NCBI GenBank assembly: GCA_049966795.1
Contig: JBMFTY010000002.1
Coordinates: 10,874-74,873, forward strand
Source of the DNA: Thermoplasmata archaeon
GTDB lineage: Archaea > Thermoplasmatota > Thermoplasmata > Thermoplasmatales > GCA-001856825
Length of the DNA: 64,000 nt
Reading direction: 5' to 3'
Part shown: piece after piece, positions 61,527 to 64,000 of the stretch
Layout of the letters: each line of letters opens with the position of its first letter
How positions within the stretch are numbered: position 1 is the first letter of the stretch
Made by a program: the position numbers and the translations under genes
Notes under the pieces: model-generated
Database searches by the model: none
What the model was told of the DNA's origin: nothing
The model's input: only the letters and a program-made list of their open reading frames with translations

Positions 61527-62717
61527 TCAAACTTCCTGCCTTAAGAAATTTATGAAGACATCCGCATCGCCGAACACGTTTGATAGCTTTGCATATTCAT
61601 TGGGCTGATGCTCCGTCTCATCCAATGTTCCCCAGACAATCGTGTCCAACCCTTTCTCCCTGAAGAAAGCGCCACAGGTACCACCTCCTATTCCCACCTT
61701 CCTCACGCTTATTCCTTTAACGCTCCGCACGCTCTCGGCGAACTTATTCACGAATTCCTCCCCCTGTGGGGTGTTCCTGGTGGGATTTGCCTTGTTCTCT
61801 ATTTCCATGAGAACCTTCACACCATGCTCCTTGGAAAATTTGTCCCCTATTCTCGCTACTTCAGAATAAACGTCATCAAGACTGTATGAGGGGAGAATCC
61901 TCATGTCGAAGTAAAAGCTCTCCTTTCCAGGAACGATGTTTATTGAGCTTGTCCCCGGTTCAACCTTAGTTGGTTCAAATGTGGAAAGCGGCTCCAGGAA
62001 CTCCTCGTCCCTCGCGCTGAATTTCTCGTGGAGCTCCCTGTCAATGACAGCCTCCAGAAGGCTTGCCATTCTGTGTGCATTCACCCCTGCGCTTGGAGTC
62101 GAAGCGTGGCACTGTTTGCCTATAACCGTAATCTTCAACCACATCAGCCCCTTTTCGGCAATCTCGATGCTCTCCCCGGTCGGGGTGCCGAAGTCAGGGA
62201 CGATGAATTTATCCCTCTTGGAAAATTTCCTTTTCTCCAGAACATATTGAATACCGTACTTGCTGCCCGCCTCCTCGTCCGAAACCAGAATCACGCCGAT
62301 ATTGTTCCTGATTTCCTCAGGATGATCGATGAAATGCTTAAACGCTATCAGCGAAGAAATTATCCCCTGGCCGTTGTCGCACGTCCCCCTTCCGTATATC
62401 CTATCCCCCTCGATGGTCGCCTTGAAGGGGGGAAAGTTCCAGAGTGAGGGGTCCCCCTCACTCACCGTATCCATGTGCCCCACGAACCATACCGTTGTCT
62501 TCTTCCCTTTGTCAAGGAGGAAGAGGAAATTTGGTCTTTTGATTCCATCAGATTGGGCGACGTATTCTTCAAACTTTATCTCCTTGCTCCATCGCAGTAT
62601 CTCATTCTTCAGAAATTCCCCCCTCTCCCCCTCGCCCTTTCCGCCCCCAGAAGGATTCACGGCGGAAATGGCAATCATCTTAGAATAGAGATCGAGGAAA
62701 AACGCTCTATCTGTCAT
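61527..62717 (-). CDS. M20-family metallopeptidase (ArgE/DapE/LysK-like deacylase)
   Basis: VWFVGHMDTV, GRGTCDNGQG and ILVSDEEAGSKYG are M20 metal-ligand motifs. I chose the start at ATG 62717 (MTDRAFF), with TTTAAA 22-27 nt upstream. The track start is 62738. Confidence 0.8.
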   Translation of the reverse strand: MTDRAFFLDLYSKMIAISAVNPSGGGKGEGERGEFLKNEILRWSKEIKFEEYVAQSDGIKRPNFLFLLDKGKKTTVWFVGHMDTVSEGDPSLWNFPPFKATIEGDRIYGRGTCDNGQGIISSLIAFKHFIDHPEEIRNNIGVILVSDEEAGSKYGIQYVLEKRKFSKRDKFIVPDFGTPTGESIEIAEKGLMWLKITVIGKQCHASTPSAGVNAHRMASLLEAVIDRELHEKFSARDEEFLEPLSTFEPTKVEPGTSSINIVPGKESFYFDMRILPSYSLDDVYSEVARIGDKFSKEHGVKVLMEIENKANPTRNTPQGEEFVNKFAESVRSVKGISVRKVGIGGGTCGAFFREKGLDTIVWGTLDETEHQPNEYAKLSNVFGDADVFINFLRQEV

Positions 62718-62796
62718 GACGGATAATTCCCAGCACATTTAAAGCTGTTCCCCAGTGGATCGGAAAAATGTTAAGGAACCCCGCATTCATATCACC

Positions 62797-63513
62797 GTGG
62801 GAAGGATATTCATAGGATGCTCGGGTTGGTTCTATACGCACTGGTCTGGGACTTTCTACCCTCAGGGAATGCCCACGAAGAACTGGTTCAGGTACTACGC
62901 ATCCTTGTTTGACACGGTTGAGTTGAACTCGACGTTCTATTCCTTTCCGAACAGCAAGAGAGCTGCAGCCTGGTACCGCTCCTCTCCAAAGGATTTTAGG
63001 TACAGCGTGAAGATGAACAGAATGGTAACCCACGTCAAAAGGCTGGGGAATGTGGATGATGATGTTTCGAGGTTCAAAGAGGCGATATCTCCCCTGAGGG
63101 AGAAGCTCGCCTGCATTCTGGTCCAGCTCCCACCATCCTTCAGGTTCACAAAGGAAAATCTTGACAGGGTTTTCGGCGTGGTGGAAGGGGAGAGAAGGGT
63201 GTTTGTTGAATTCAGGCACTCCAGCTGGTATTCGCAGGAGGCCTTGGATGTGCTAAGGAGGAAGGGGATAAGGGCTGTCACGGTCAGCATGAAGGGCCTG
63301 CCTTTCATTCTTCCTGATTATGGAGATGTGTATGTGAGGATGCACGGGGATGTCAATGGATATGCAACTGACTACTCCGATGAAAGATTGAAGGAACTTG
63401 GAAAAAGACTTGTGGGGAGACATGAAGACGCATACATCTACTTCAACAACGATTATCACGGCTTCGCTCCCAAGAACGCGCTTTTTCTGAAGGGTGTTGT
63501 TGAGGGGAAGTGA
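62797..63513 (+). CDS. DUF72 (UPF0759) family protein
   Basis: GRIFIGCSGWFYTHWSGTFYP, FDTVELNSTFYSFP, LVQLPPSF and IYFNND are DUF72 signatures. I prefer GTG 62797 because family members start just before I.iG.sGW. The track ORF starts at 62755. Confidence 0.8.
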   Translation: MGRIFIGCSGWFYTHWSGTFYPQGMPTKNWFRYYASLFDTVELNSTFYSFPNSKRAAAWYRSSPKDFRYSVKMNRMVTHVKRLGNVDDDVSRFKEAISPLREKLACILVQLPPSFRFTKENLDRVFGVVEGERRVFVEFRHSSWYSQEALDVLRRKGIRAVTVSMKGLPFILPDYGDVYVRMHGDVNGYATDYSDERLKELGKRLVGRHEDAYIYFNNDYHGFAPKNALFLKGVVEGK

Positions 63514-63560
63514 AACCAGGAGAGACAATACACTAAAGTAATTGCCATACCTGTAACATC

Positions 63561-64000
63561 ATGGCATTGAAGGTTGGCGAAAAGGCTCCTGATTTTTACG
63601 CGGTCACCGACGAGGGAAATACCATATCTCTGGAAGAGAAACTGAAGGAGGGACCGGTGGTGCTATATTTCTACCCGAAGGACGAAACGCCCGGCTGCGT
63701 GGCGGAAGCCTGTGCGTTCAGAGACAACTGGGAGGAGATAAGGAAATTGGGGGCGACGGTTCTTGGGGTCAGCTCAGATCCCGTTGATTCTCACAGGAGG
63801 TTTAAGGAGAACAGGAAGTTGCAGTTCACGCTCCTCTCAGATCCGGATAAGGAGATAAGAAGGAAGTATGGTGCAACCGGAACATTGCTCCCTCCAAGGA
63901 TAACCTATATCATAGATAAGAACGGGGTTATAAGGGAGGTATACAACTCCCAGTTAAACGCAGCAACACACGCTCAGGTCGCGCTAAAAGCCCTTCATTC
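63561..64000 (+). CDS. bcp: peroxiredoxin, Bcp type (3' end cut by window edge)
   Basis: Absent from the ORF track because it runs off the window. My own translation is MALKVGEKAPDFYAVTDEGNTISLEEKLKEGPVVLYFYPKDETPGCVAEACAFRD...VLGVSSDPVDSHRRFKE, containing the PxxxTxxC peroxidatic motif. Confidence 0.85.
   Translation, partial: MALKVGEKAPDFYAVTDEGNTISLEEKLKEGPVVLYFYPKDETPGCVAEACAFRDNWEEIRKLGATVLGVSSDPVDSHRRFKENRKLQFTLLSDPDKEIRRKYGATGTLLPPRITYIIDKNGVIREVYNSQLNAATHAQVALKALH

Noticed and set aside
1-64000. CRISPR arrays, rRNA genes, further tRNAs, inteins, and in-frame TAG/TGA recoding.
   Set aside because: I saw no regularly spaced direct repeats, no rRNA-like stretches and no other cloverleaf in the larger intergenic gaps. 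RFC and the other usual intein hosts are uninterrupted. No homologous gene is split by an in-frame stop.

Overview
The window looks like a 64-kb chromosomal segment of an archaeon, most likely from the Thermoplasmata or Thermoplasmatales. The archaeal marker genes are aIF5A with the SKPGKHG hypusine site, the RFC small subunit, Hjc, ribosomal protein L10e/uL16, MBF1 and a class I LysRS. There is also a glucose 1-dehydrogenase that closely resembles the Thermoplasma acidophilum enzyme as I recall it. Arg codons are mostly AGG/AGA, GTG and TTG starts are common, and many genes have a TATA-like box about 25 nt upstream of the start codon, which fits leaderless transcripts. No database search was possible, so every call rests on motifs I recognise by eye in the translations. 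I support about 66 CDS (two cut by the window edges and not in the ORF track), one tRNA-Pro(UGG), and no rRNA or CRISPR array. Most of the content is housekeeping and heterotrophic metabolism. This includes peptide uptake and breakdown (Opp/Dpp ABC transporter, GGT, three-subunit 2-oxoacid:ferredoxin oxidoreductase, two acyl-CoA dehydrogenases, HPPD) and a sugar-oxidation cluster of the non-phosphorylative Entner-Doudoroff type. It also includes polyamine/hypusine genes, a DtxR-MntH metal module, DNA replication and repair genes, and membrane proteases. The strongest candidates for something new are as follows. (1) A protein of four CBS modules fused to an HPF/RaiA-like domain, coupled to tldD-pmbA and nnr, which could be an energy-sensing ribosome hibernation factor. 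(2) An in-phase A_AAA_AAG slippery heptamer in the overlap of two ORFs, inside a low-GC islet next to tRNA-Pro. (3) A GlcF-like Fe-S subunit whose first cluster motif lies upstream of any canonical start codon, beside a G6 run at the GlcD stop. (4) A PNPOx-like flavin domain fused to a MenA/UbiA prenyltransferase, near an MqnA-like gene. (5) A tightly coupled aIF5A-agmatinase-DUF835 tricistron. (6) An exact 18-mer shared by two promoters, and a DtxR-type operator.
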